A stretch of 64,000 nt of DNA from positions 1,430,529 through 1,494,528 of the forward strand of contig NZ_CP107030.1 of NCBI RefSeq assembly GCF_027474825.1, in the 5' to 3' direction. Below the pieces are notes generated by a model. That model was not told the origin of the DNA, ran no database searches, and saw nothing but the letters and a program-made list of their open reading frames with translations. The position numbers and the translations under genes are program-made. The DNA is from Maribacter halichondriae (GTDB lineage: Bacteria > Bacteroidota > Bacteroidia > Flavobacteriales > Flavobacteriaceae). Of the stretch, positions 1 to 9,507 are shown piece after piece (position 1 is the stretch's first letter; the number at the start of each line of letters is the position of its first letter).

Positions 1-148
1 CAAGACTTAGCACCCCTTTGAGATGGTACAAATGTAAGTCGCAGTTTTCATTTTACATAGGCTTTGCCTACAAATATTTAACGGTTCGTTATAATCGATA
101 TTGGGCAATTATCCGTATCTATATCAAGTCTTTTAGCGACAGCTACTT

Positions 149-2623
149 ATGAACGACAAATCTAAAAATAGGTTTACGGTAAAGATCATGCTGAGTTATC
201 TCGTGCTGTGTGCTTTGGCCTTGGTCTCGGGCTACTTTATCTATACCGAAATTCAGGTATTCATGTCGAATGATACCGCTGAGGAAACCGATGTAAAACT
301 TCTGAAAACCGGTGCTCTGGTAACGGAGCTCTATAAAGCTGAAAGCCTTTCTAAATTGGCGTTGAACAGTAATGCGGATAATAATTTTCTTTCCTATGCC
401 CAAAAAATAGATTCCATTCGAACCTCTATTGATTCGCTGAAAATGCTTTCCCAAGGCGAACATCAAAGAGGGCTCTTGGATAGTCTTCAAATTTTATTGG
501 GACAGAAAGTTGAAAACAACAGCGAGCTTCGCAAATTAAAAAAGCGGAAAATAACTGATAATTCTTTGGATAAGGCCTTGAAGGAATTCGATAAGATAAA
601 GGAATCCTTTGGAAAGTTTTCGGCTGAGAGCATGTACGCCGATTTTGATAAGTTATCTCCAAGTGCTCAAAAAATACTTACAGAATATGCCAATATATTA
701 AGTGAAAATGCGCCAAAAAATCCAGATGGTACGGCGGATGCGGAATATGTCGATTCAATCTTAACAGCCTCCAGGGTCATGTTGGAAAGAGCCAAGCTCA
801 AGGATTTCCGTTCGCAGCAGTCTCTCGCGCAGAAAGAATTGGAGGTCAACAGAAATGATCTTGAACTTTCGCGGCAGTTACAAAATATCATTGCCGCTTT
901 TGAGCAGGAAATCATGTTCAACACGTACGAGGACAACCAAAACAGGCAATTGGCCATGCGAAGAACGATGCGCTTGGCAGGCATCACCGCACTTTTAGGG
1001 TTTATTATCGTTGCGATTTTCACCCTTTTGATAAACCGTGATTTTTGGAAAGTACAGGTTTACCGACAAAAACTTGAAAAAGAGAAGAAATATTCCGAAT
1101 CCTTGTTAAAAAGTAGAGAACAGCTCATCTCGACCGTGAGCCATGACCTGAGAACGCCATTGAACACGATTACCGGCTATACCGAACTGATGGAAAATAC
1201 CAGCATTACCGACAAACAATCGCGTTACCTAAAAAATGTAAAATCAGCATCGGAATACGTTGGAAACTTGGTCAATGATCTCTTGGATTTTTCAAAGTTG
1301 GAGGCAGGGAAGTTAAATATCGAAAAAGTACCTTTTATTGCGGCCAATCTTATTCAGGAAACGGCCGAAAATGTCGAAGCCCTATATCGGAACAAAAATC
1401 TAAAACTGCAATTGGAAATCGATCCAGAACTTGAAAAAACGGTGGCAGGCGACCCTTTTCGTATTCGTCAAATTCTGACCAATCTTTTGGGCAATGCCTT
1501 CAAATTTACAGAAGAAGGTTCCATTATCGTAAAAGCAGAAACGATCGGAGGTAGTTTTTCAAAAAAATTTATCCTTAAGTTAAGTGTCATCGATACTGGA
1601 ATCGGTATTCCTCAAGAAAAACAAGACCTAATTTTTAAAGAATTTACCCAGGCCGATCGCTCTACCGAGAAAAAGTTCGGTGGCTATGGTCTTGGCCTGA
1701 CCATTTCGAAAAAATTGGCCGAATTGCTGAACGGATCATTGCATTTGGAAAGTAAAGAAGATCACGGCAGCACCTTTACATTGCAGATTCCATTAGAAAT
1801 AACGAACAAAGCGATCGCTGCGAAAGAAAAAACGGAATATTTGGTTCCTAAATTGAAAATGTTGATTATCGATGACGATACTGCACTTTTGGGTATGCTA
1901 AGCGAGCTTGCCGAAAGCATGGGGATTACGGCACATACCTTCTCCAATTTTTTGGCCATTAAAGAAGATTCGCACTTAGCTTATGATATCGTCTTGACAG
2001 ATATCCAAATGCCACAAGTCACAGGATTCGAAGTACTGAAAATATTGAAATCGGGCAAATACGATCATTATACAAATCAACCGATCATAGCCATGACCGG
2101 AAGACGAGACCTCGATACCGAAGCGTACACCGCATTGGGATTCGCCCAAGTTCTTCAAAAGCCTTTTTCAAAAGGAGAACTTATAGGAATGCTCAATATG
2201 TTGGGCATCAAAACTAAAAAAGCACCGAAAAAAGTTGTTGTCAAAAAGGACAAAGAAACGGCATCACATATATACAGTCTCGAAATAATATACTCCTTCT
2301 TGGGAGATAACGAAGACGCCGTATATGAGGTTTTACAAACTTTTTTGAGCGATACCAATACTAATTTAGATTTGCTATCAGAGGCTGTAAACACTGCCGA
2401 TTACGCACAGATCAACAAAGTAGCTCACCGTATGCTGCCCATGTTCCGACAACTAAAAGTAAATTCTACGGTACCTATTCTAGAAAAATTGGAAATCGCC
2501 AACTGGAAGATTATGAACCGGGGACAGTTGCTAGACGCGTTTCAAAAAGTAAAATTGGGAGTATCAGAACTGGTATCCGCATTGAACGAACGCTTGGCTA
2601 CAAGTCCAAGTTATAATGGTTGA
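149..2623 (+). CDS. Hybrid sensor histidine kinase / response regulator with C-terminal HPt domain (TM-anchored, coiled-coil, HisKA + HATPase_c + REC + HPt)
   Basis: 824-aa ORF. H-box SHDLRTPLNTITGY. G-boxes (GYGLGL) present. Receiver with LIIDDD...VLTDIQMP. C-terminal HPt-like AHRMLPMFRQLKV. Confidence 0.85.
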   Translation: MNDKSKNRFTVKIMLSYLVLCALALVSGYFIYTEIQVFMSNDTAEETDVKLLKTGALVTELYKAESLSKLALNSNADNNFLSYAQKIDSIRTSIDSLKMLSQGEHQRGLLDSLQILLGQKVENNSELRKLKKRKITDNSLDKALKEFDKIKESFGKFSAESMYADFDKLSPSAQKILTEYANILSENAPKNPDGTADAEYVDSILTASRVMLERAKLKDFRSQQSLAQKELEVNRNDLELSRQLQNIIAAFEQEIMFNTYEDNQNRQLAMRRTMRLAGITALLGFIIVAIFTLLINRDFWKVQVYRQKLEKEKKYSESLLKSREQLISTVSHDLRTPLNTITGYTELMENTSITDKQSRYLKNVKSASEYVGNLVNDLLDFSKLEAGKLNIEKVPFIAANLIQETAENVEALYRNKNLKLQLEIDPELEKTVAGDPFRIRQILTNLLGNAFKFTEEGSIIVKAETIGGSFSKKFILKLSVIDTGIGIPQEKQDLIFKEFTQADRSTEKKFGGYGLGLTISKKLAELLNGSLHLESKEDHGSTFTLQIPLEITNKAIAAKEKTEYLVPKLKMLIIDDDTALLGMLSELAESMGITAHTFSNFLAIKEDSHLAYDIVLTDIQMPQVTGFEVLKILKSGKYDHYTNQPIIAMTGRRDLDTEAYTALGFAQVLQKPFSKGELIGMLNMLGIKTKKAPKKVVVKKDKETASHIYSLEIIYSFLGDNEDAVYEVLQTFLSDTNTNLDLLSEAVNTADYAQINKVAHRMLPMFRQLKVNSTVPILEKLEIANWKIMNRGQLLDAFQKVKLGVSELVSALNERLATSPSYNG

Positions 2624-3963
2624 TACGATTATAAAGCGTTTTTCTGGTAACCTGTAATAATTTTGCCGCTTTCGATTTGTTGTAATTGGTCTTCTGAAGC
2701 GCTTTTATTATCTGGTCTTTCTCGAATTCAGATTTCGAAATATGCTCTGGTGCCTCAGCCTTTCCGTTTGCCCCTAAGACTTCTTTTGGCAAGGCAGAAA
2801 TTTGGACTTCATCGCCCACGGTCAACAAAACAGCCCGTTTTACTACGTTCTGAAGTTCCCGTAAATTTCCGGGCCAGTGATATTGCCGAAAGGCGTCCCA
2901 AACTTCTGTGCTAAATCCGTGAACATCTTTGTTCAAATTCACATTCGATTTCGTGAGAAAATGATCTGCGAATAACATTAGGTCTTCAAAACGTTCTTCT
3001 AGGGATGGAATTTGAATCGAAAACTCGTTCAATCGATGATATAGGTCTTCGCGAAACGTGCCTTTTTCAACGGCCTCGTTCAAATCTTCATTGGTCGCCG
3101 TAATGATCCTGACGTCTACATTGACCTCCTTGGTACTCCCCACCCTTTTTATCTTTCTTTCCTGCAAAGCTCTCAATAGCTGTATCTGATTCTCGTAAGA
3201 TAGGTTTCCTACCTCATCCAAAAATAACGTCCCGCCGTTGGCAGCTTCAAAATTTCCGACCTTGTCTTCTACCGCCCCGGTAAAACTTCCCTTTATATGA
3301 CCAAAAAACTCGCTGGCGGCCAATTCTTTGGGAATTGCACCGCAATCCACCGCGACAAAATTGAAATCCCTACGATTGCTATTATCGTGAATCGCCTTTG
3401 CAGTTACCTCTTTTCCAGTACCACTTTCCCCAGTAATCAAAACTGACATATCGGTCGGAGCGACCAGTTGTATGTATTCCTCCAATTTTTTTGAAGCATC
3501 ACTGACCCCCGTAACGATAGTTCCACCTGACCGTTCTTGACCGGTGGACATCTTCAGGGAATCGCTCTCCTTTTTAGTAGAAACATCAGGTAAGACAACT
3601 TCGGAAACCGACTGAAGTGCCTTTTCGATAATCGTAACAATGTCGTCGGGCGTAAAGGGTTTCGATATGTAGTCGTAGGCCCCTTTTTCATAGCGTTTAC
3701 CGCGGTACCTACCTCTGCGTAGCCTGTCATCACAATGACAGGCGTCGTAGGGTTTTTTTCTTTATCTCTGACAACAATTGGATGCCATCATAATCAGGCA
3801 AGCGCAAGTCCGTCAATACAAGATCAAAAGCGGTACTATTGAACTTCGTCTTCGCATCGGGGGCGCTAAAACTTGTTTCTACCTTATACCCTCTCTTTGT
3901 CAAAAACCTTTGGAGCATTTGACAAAAAGCGGCATCATCTTCAATAATCAAGAGGTTTGGCAT
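2598..3963 (-). pseudogene. Sigma-54-dependent (NtrC-family) response regulator: REC + AAA+ sigma54-interaction + HTH. The reading frame is broken twice in the REC/linker region.
   Basis: N-terminal ORF (3730..3963) is a receiver domain (LIIEDD...DLVLTDLRLPDYDG). C-terminal ORF (2598..3551) has GESGTGKE Walker A, GAFTGA-like loop and a C-terminal HTH. The intervening 180 nt encode PTTPVIVMTGYAEVGTAVNAMKKG and then AYDYISKPF...IEKAL in two other frames. Both shifts sit at homopolymers (T7 at 3753-3759, C4T5 at 3680-3688). Confidence 0.8.
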
Positions 3964-4361
3964 AAAACTTTCTCTGTACTCGAACGTATTTTAAAAAGCC
4001 CTAAATCGAATCGAAACATTCGATTAGGCTAAGTATCTACGTAAAAATACCATAAGAAAGCTATTCGCCCCCTAAAATTTTCATAAAATCGATGAAGAAA
4101 CCCCGCTTTTATTAAGCTTACAACAGTATTATATTGAAAAAAGGGAACCCTGACGAAAAGATCGGGCTTTGATTTGAAGAAAAAAAGGGGCTTTTTATTG
4201 TGTTAGGTTCCTGACATGTGAGACCCCGACGAAAAGTCGGGGTTAGTTCAAATACAATCGTAAGTTGAAGTCTTGGAAAATGGGTAAACCCTTCGACTGC
4301 GCTCAGGGTTAATTCGACCATCGTTTTCGAGTCAATCCGATTTGACTCGAAACGGGTCTCA

Positions 4362-4400
4362 TTAAAATAGAAAGGGGCTGCTTTCGCAACCCCTTTCTGA
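4362..4400 (-). terminator. Rho-independent terminator downstream of the PepSY-like gene 4438..4749
   Basis: Stem AAAGGGG...CCCCTTT followed by a T-run on the minus strand. Confidence 0.6.
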
Positions 4401-4437
4401 CCAAACCAACTTGATACAAAACAAATAACTCAAGTTA

Positions 4438-4749
4438 TTACATTTCAATCCAGTTTCCGTTCTCGTCAGCATACAAAGTACCGGCAGTACCATCTTCTAG
4501 AGATACTTCCAACTTATATTGCTTTGATTCGTTAACGTAAGCCTTGTCGATTTTAGCTGTTGGGTAGTTCTGCGCAACGGCAGCAGTTACAGCTTCTGGT
4601 AATTCTTCTGCAGCGATTTCAGAGAAATCGTCCTGAGCAGCCACAACTTCAGTAGCGTCGGCAACTTCAGTTTGAACTTCTTCAGCATCTTGCGCGAATG
4701 CAGTTAAACTTCCCAAAGACAATGCTAATACAAAAACTAATTTTTTCAT
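4438..4749 (-). CDS. Small secreted acidic PepSY-like (PF11396-like) domain protein, paralog A
   Basis: Signal peptide MKKLVFVLALSLGSLTAFAQ. Acidic linker. C-terminal LPEAVTAAVAQNYPTAKIDKAYVNESKQYKLEVSLEDGTAGTLYADENGNWIE matches the PepSY-like pattern. Paralog of 5070..5522. Confidence 0.7.
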   Translation of the reverse strand: MKKLVFVLALSLGSLTAFAQDAEEVQTEVADATEVVAAQDDFSEIAAEELPEAVTAAVAQNYPTAKIDKAYVNESKQYKLEVSLEDGTAGTLYADENGNWIEM

Positions 4750-4979
4750 GATTTTCTTTTTTTAATTATTAATTAAACTCTATTGATACATTGAAATAAT
4801 AGTACCAAAAAAATTTTTTATGTAACTATATAATTATCAGATAGTTATAAAATAATACGAGGATTCGGAGTGTGTAATTATGAGTACCGATGCCGTAATC
4901 TGTGTAGATTCTACACAACGAGAGTTTAAAATCTACATTGATATCTTGACCATGATATCATAGGACCTAAAACTCATAT

Positions 4980-5022
4980 AAAACAAAACACCTCGACTTC
5001 GGGGGAAGTCGAGGTGTTTTAG
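4980..5022 (-). terminator. Rho-independent terminator downstream of the PepSY-like gene 5070..5522
   Basis: 13-bp perfect stem ACACCTCGACTTC/GAAGTCGAGGTGT, followed by a T-run on the minus strand. Confidence 0.65.
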
Positions 5023-5069
5023 ATTCAAAAACTAAATTTCTCTTAGTCTCTTCTTAATAAGCCTTCGGC

Positions 5070-5522
5070 TTACATTTCGATCCAGTTACCTTCAGCGTCT
5101 GCGTAAAGTTCGGCAGTCTCACCGTCTTCTTTAGCAACTTCTAATTTGTACTGAGCAGCTTCGTTAACGTAAGCTTTAGAGATAGTTGCACCTGGGTGAG
5201 CAGCTTCCAAAGCAGTAGTGATTGCTTCAGGAACTTCTTCAACAGCTACTTCAGTAAAAGCATCTTGAGCTTCTACCTCTTCAGTTGCTTCAACAGCAGC
5301 CTCTTCAACAACAGCTTCTTCAGTTGCTTCAACAGCTTCAGTAGCCTCAACAGCCTCTTCAGCGACAGCTTCGGTAGCTTCTTCAGTTACAACCTCAGTT
5401 GCTTCTTCTGTAGCCTCAACAACTGTTTCAGTAGCTTCAGTTGCTACAGCTTGTACTTCTTCTTGTGCGAATGCAGTCATTGTTCCTAAAGACAAAACTG
5501 CTACTAACATTACTTTTTTCAT
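5070..5522 (-). CDS. Small secreted acidic PepSY-like domain protein, paralog B, with an expanded E/A/T/V low-complexity repeat
   Basis: Signal peptide MKKVMLVAVLSLGTMTAFAQ. Repeat region (ATEE/AVEE units). C-terminal PepSY-like module ~70% identical to paralog A. Confidence 0.7.
   Translation of the reverse strand: MKKVMLVAVLSLGTMTAFAQEEVQAVATEATETVVEATEEATEVVTEEATEAVAEEAVEATEAVEATEEAVVEEAAVEATEEVEAQDAFTEVAVEEVPEAITTALEAAHPGATISKAYVNEAAQYKLEVAKEDGETAELYADAEGNWIEM
5280..5460. repeat. Imperfect in-frame coding tandem repeats (units of ~18-21 nt such as GCTTCAACAGCxxCTTCAGTxGC) encoding the EEATEAV low-complexity region
   Basis: Visible reiteration of cttcagttgcttcaacagc / ttcagtagcctcaacagcc motifs inside 5070..5522. 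Confidence 0.5.
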
Positions 5523-5748
5523 TTTCTGTGTTTTAAATAAAGTTTATAATTATTTGTTTTGATAATCACAGTCATATACGGGAAAATAGTGCCAATGGAC
5601 TATTCAGTTAAAAATAAAGCATAAATAACTGAAAATTAGTTAATTATATATTTTTCGCTATTATATAGGATTGTATATTGCTGGGTAATACACATGAAAA
5701 AGTGTGTAAAACCTACACACTTTTTTGCGTATTTCGATCTATGAAAAA

Positions 5749-7289
5749 TCAACTCGGCTGATGGGAAGGTTTCAATAAGTCGTTTACGGTCTTGACCGGA
5801 TTAAAAGTTACTAGCGGAACCTCTACGAAAATAGTATTCCAGAATGCCATACCGCCATTCCATAATCCTGGAAGCTCAAGGGCTTTTAACGCCCTACCGT
5901 CTTTGGTCTTTTCCGTAATGAAACCTTGCCTATGATCAACGTATTCCAACAGATTGAATTTCTCCCCTTTATAGTTCTTGACTCCACAGACCAAATCAAC
6001 AGGATTGAAATGGGTGGAATTCTTAAGTAACCGAACCTGTTCTATATCTTGCATATCGACTTGGGCTGATTCTACGATCTGCAAAGAGATATGGCCATGG
6101 GCGTCGACTATCCAAAAAGGCCCTCCACCGGGCTCGCCTTCATTCCGGACCATACCGCAGATCCGGATTGGTCGATTGATTTTGTCCTTTAAGACCTTGA
6201 TCTGTTCTTCTTGGTTGAAACTATAATAGTTATCAAGAAACCTTGAATTTAATTCGCGCTCCAAAAAACCTTTGATTTCCGTCATCATTCCCTCTGAAAC
6301 TTTCCCTTTTTCCAAAAGTGCTGCGTATGCGAAAACTTTCTGTTGCAATCTGAGAAGAAGACCTCCCAATACTTTTTTACTGTTGGCCACTTCATTCACA
6401 TTATTTTTGAAAACGACATTGTCAATGTTCTTTATAAAAATAATGTCGGCATCCTGTTCGTTCAGGTTTTCAATTAGGGCACCATGCCCTCCCGGTCGAA
6501 AGAGCAGGGAACCATCTTGGTTTCTGAACGGTTTATTTTCCATATCGACCGCAATGGTGTCGGTGGCCGGCTTTTGATAGGAATAACCCACATTGAACGA
6601 GGTGCCCGTCTCGTGCGAAACACGCTCCTCCATTCCTGAAAACAAGGTATTGAACATTTCGCCATGTTGTTCGGAAATAGTAAAGTGTAACTTTGCCGTA
6701 TCATCCGTTTTACTATATAACGCAGCCTCTTTTAAATGTTCTTCAAAAGGAGTCGCCACATAATCGCCGTAGTTGTGAAAAGGCAGTAGGCCTTTTGGAT
6801 AAAATCCATAGTTTAGACCTTCTTCTGACAAAAGTTCCCTCACGAATAAATAAACTTCCTCTCCTTTTGACATGGCCTTTTCCTCAATACGGTTCTGTAC
6901 AATCTTGTAAAAAGGAAGTTCGGTCAGTCCGTTAGAGAACTTTTTAATATCGCCATCATTCGTGCGTTGTAGATATTCTTCCAAGGTTTCCTTCTTAAAG
7001 TCATAGGAATCCAAAAATTGAACAGGGCCTTAAACATTCTGGAAGCCGCCCCCGAAGCAGGTACAAATTTCAAAAGCGATAAACGACTTCTGTCACTTTC
7101 AAATTTTTCAATAAGGGTTTGTTCCTCGTCGTCAGTAAATTTTAATATTCCCCCATCGACCACCCCCGCTTTTTCCAATCGCACAAAGGGTATCCCTTCT
7201 TTAAAAATCTCGATTTGATCGAGCACTTTCTCTTTTGATATGCCCTTCTCCGATAATTGCCTTTGGTCGTTGCTTGTTATTTGACTCAT
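5749..7289 (-). pseudogene. DUF4301 family protein (~513 aa), with an apparent frameshift at an A5/T5 run near 7013-7017
   Basis: The N-terminal ORF 6924..7289 carries KFVPASGAASRMFKALF. The 421-aa ORF 5749..7014 continues the same family. Adding one T in the TTTTT run joins ...LFNF to LDSYDFKKETLE. Confidence 0.6.
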
Positions 7290-7849
7290 TTCTCCAATAG
7301 TTTATCGATATGTGCAATGGCCATTGCCAAACGTCTTTTTTTATTTCCCTTTAAAATAACATAATTCCGGTCGTACTTCTCTAAAGTATCTTTAAAATAG
7401 TTGAACATTCGCTCTCGTTCCAGAGGTTTGTCGCGTAAATCATCCAACTCCCAAGGCACGTCGATGTAGGTCAAGAAGTAAAGGTCATATTGATTTTTTA
7501 TTGCGTATTTCTCAAGAACGGGATCACAATGCCCGACGTAATAAGCTTCCGAATAAACTTTGGTTTCCAACAAGTCTGTATCGCAAACCAGAATATTCGT
7601 TGCTTTTTTGGCCAAATCGTTTTCCAGTCGCATTTGACCTTCGGCAATGGGCAACAAATCTTTAGGTTCACAGGTCTTGCGTTCGTTGTTCCATTTGTCC
7701 TGAAGATATTCTCGGGCATATTCAGGCACCCATACCGTATTATAATGTCTCGCCAGTTGTTCCGACAGCGTAGTTTTTCCTGTAGATTCAGGACCGAATA
7801 AAACGACTTTTACGATGTTTGTGGGCTGCTGTCTAAACTTTTCTTCCAT
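7286..7849 (-). CDS. AAA-type ATPase, NadR C-terminal-like ribosylnicotinamide kinase domain protein
   Basis: P-loop GPESTGKTT. Adjacent to and overlapping pnuC. Confidence 0.65.
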   Translation of the reverse strand: MEEKFRQQPTNIVKVVLFGPESTGKTTLSEQLARHYNTVWVPEYAREYLQDKWNNERKTCEPKDLLPIAEGQMRLENDLAKKATNILVCDTDLLETKVYSEAYYVGHCDPVLEKYAIKNQYDLYFLTYIDVPWELDDLRDKPLERERMFNYFKDTLEKYDRNYVILKGNKKRRLAMAIAHIDKLLEK

Positions 7850-8442
7850 GCGCGATAGCCATATATGGCGATGACTGTAAATATAAGGTACTGCAGACTT
7901 GAAAAGGTAAGACCTTTATAGAAATATAATGGCACCGTAATAATATTACCAATAATCCAATAAATCCAATTTTCTAATTTTCTTTTAGCCATAAGCCACA
8001 TACCCACAAAGAAAATAGCGGTGGTCAGCGTATCTGCATAGGCCGTCCAGCTTGTCCACTTATCAAAAATGTTATAGACTATATACACAAATAACATAGT
8101 GGCCATAAAAATAATGGCTGAAATTCGATGTTCTTTTTTAGTTGTGACAGATATCGGTGTTACCTGATTTGCATTGACTTTTCTTGTCCAAACATACCAA
8201 CCGAATATGCTCATGATAAAATAATAAGCATTAATTAGCATGTCACCAAGAAGACCCCATTTCAATAATAAATAAACAAAAATCGAGGTGTTGACCATGC
8301 CAGTTGGAAAGACCAGAATATTGTTCTGTTTTGAGAACCATACTGAGAGTAGGCCGAAAATAACAGCCACGATTTCTAAAACGATATCAAAGGTTTCGTA
8401 TTCGGAATATTGCCCGAACAAAAAATCAAAAATGGGGCTCAT
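7810..8442 (-). CDS. pnuC: Nicotinamide riboside transporter PnuC
   Basis: 210-aa multi-TM protein with PnuC-like W/Y-rich helices, followed by the NadR-like kinase. Confidence 0.75.
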   Translation of the reverse strand: MSPIFDFLFGQYSEYETFDIVLEIVAVIFGLLSVWFSKQNNILVFPTGMVNTSIFVYLLLKWGLLGDMLINAYYFIMSIFGWYVWTRKVNANQVTPISVTTKKEHRISAIIFMATMLFVYIVYNIFDKWTSWTAYADTLTTAIFFVGMWLMAKRKLENWIYWIIGNIITVPLYFYKGLTFSSLQYLIFTVIAIYGYRAWKKSLDSSPQTS

Positions 8443-8686
8443 AGTCGCTACGGTCGGTTTTTACGATTTTCAAATATAATAGCCCCTTGTCCATTAATTA
8501 AAAGGCGGTCTTGATTTCTGAATTCAAAGTTTTCATTACCGTGTCGTACTCGCCATACACTTGGGTACTTAACGGATCCTCTAAAATGGTAAGCCCCGAA
8601 GCCCTGAGCTTTTTGATAAAATTGATGATGTGGTCTTCAAAGTCATCCTGCAAAGGAGAAAATGTAAGTTCTACGGAGATGTTCAT
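8426..8686 (-). pseudogene. MTH1187/YkoF-like thiamine-binding protein, interrupted by an in-frame TAA at 8498-8500
   Basis: MNISVELTFSPLQDDFEDHIINFIKKLRASGL...TQVYGEYDTVMK matches the MTH1187 family. After the TAA the same frame continues LMDKGLLYLKIVKTDRSDYEPHF, matching the family C-terminal hLKIDxRxDK pattern, and ends overlapping the pnuC ATG. Confidence 0.55.
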
Positions 8687-8693
8687 TTTTTTA

Positions 8694-8760
8694 TGGTTGA
8701 TGGTTGATGGTTGATGGTTGATGGTTGATGGTTGATGGTTGATGGTTGATGGTTGATGGT
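8694..8760. repeat. Heptanucleotide microsatellite (TGGTTGA)x9.6 forming the leader/promoter region of the YkoF-like-pnuC-nrk operon
   Basis: Nine perfect tandem copies plus a partial copy. It starts 8 nt upstream of the ATG at 8686. All three plus-strand frames hit TGA. The minus-strand frame is open but has no start codon. Confidence 0.95.
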
Positions 8761-8782
8761 AAAAATACTATAAACCTACCCA

Positions 8783-9424
8783 TCAACTGTCAACTAAGCG
8801 AAGGGCATACACACAGGTAAACCCCTCGAATTCCAAAAAGTCTATGTCGTATTGGGATGTCGTTCCTTTATATAGAATCTCGCCTGTTGTTTTTCCGTCC
8901 GACAACGAAAAATCGGCTATATCGATATGATGGAGAAAACTGAGTCCTTCCTGTGCATAAATCTTATAGAGCGATTCTTTACAGCCCCAGACGATGGTCA
9001 ACTTTCGGATCAGGGCATCGGTGTTGGCAATCGTTTTATATTCTTCGATTGGCGTAAACTTATGTGCGATGCGCAAAATCTTGTCGCGCTGTTTTTCGAT
9101 ATCGATGCCAACTTCTTTTTCGTCGCTTACGATAATTCCGGTGAAATGATTGGAATGCGTTATCGAAATATGTTTGCCATCGTTCAAATGTGGTTTACCT
9201 GACTGATCGTAATACATATCGGCATCTTCGTAACCTGCTTCGGCCATCAAATGACGGATACTTAAAAAACCCCTGCGATGGAGTTCCGATCTCATGCCCT
9301 GCATTCGTCTTTGACAATTTTCGGTCAGCCGAATTCCTTCTACAAGTTGGGTTTCTGATTCCTCAATCTTCCAGACATATACTAAAATCGACGAATTGAC
9401 TGTTATAGTCGTGTAAAGAGGCAT
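8783..9424 (-). CDS. 4'-phosphopantetheinyl transferase (Sfp/EntD type)
   Basis: GKPHL...ISITHS and WGCKESLYK (W-x-x-KE-x-x-K) motifs. Confidence 0.8.
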   Translation of the reverse strand: MPLYTTITVNSSILVYVWKIEESETQLVEGIRLTENCQRRMQGMRSELHRRGFLSIRHLMAEAGYEDADMYYDQSGKPHLNDGKHISITHSNHFTGIIVSDEKEVGIDIEKQRDKILRIAHKFTPIEEYKTIANTDALIRKLTIVWGCKESLYKIYAQEGLSFLHHIDIADFSLSDGKTTGEILYKGTTSQYDIDFLEFEGFTCVYALRLVDS

Positions 9425-9444
9425 GGTATTATTTAGGATATTTG

Positions 9445-9452
9445 TAACTTTG
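9445..9452 (+). promoter_or_regulatory. Candidate Bacteroidetes sigma-A -7 box TAACTTTG upstream of ahcY
   Basis: Exact TAnnTTTG match 56 nt upstream of the ATG. Confidence 0.3.
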
Positions 9453-9507
9453 CAACCGCAAAAGGCAGATAACCTGCCATTAACGAAAGTAAAAATAAAA
9501 AAGGACT

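Noticed and set aside
4118-4321. 67-aa ORF in the 3964-4437 intergenic region
   Set aside because: It is composed of hairpin repeat modules, with no start context or conservation signal.
5196-5489. 97-aa S/F/N-rich plus-strand ORF
   Set aside because: It is antisense to the PepSY-like gene's acidic repeat, and its low-complexity translation is an artefact of the GAA/GCT-rich repeat.
8694-8760. Could the tandem array be a CRISPR array?
   Set aside because: The unit is only 7 bp with no spacers, and there are no cas genes. It is a microsatellite.
9425-9507. SAH riboswitch upstream of ahcY
   Set aside because: Only a short hairpin and a TAnnTTTG promoter box are visible, with no SAH-riboswitch-like conserved core.
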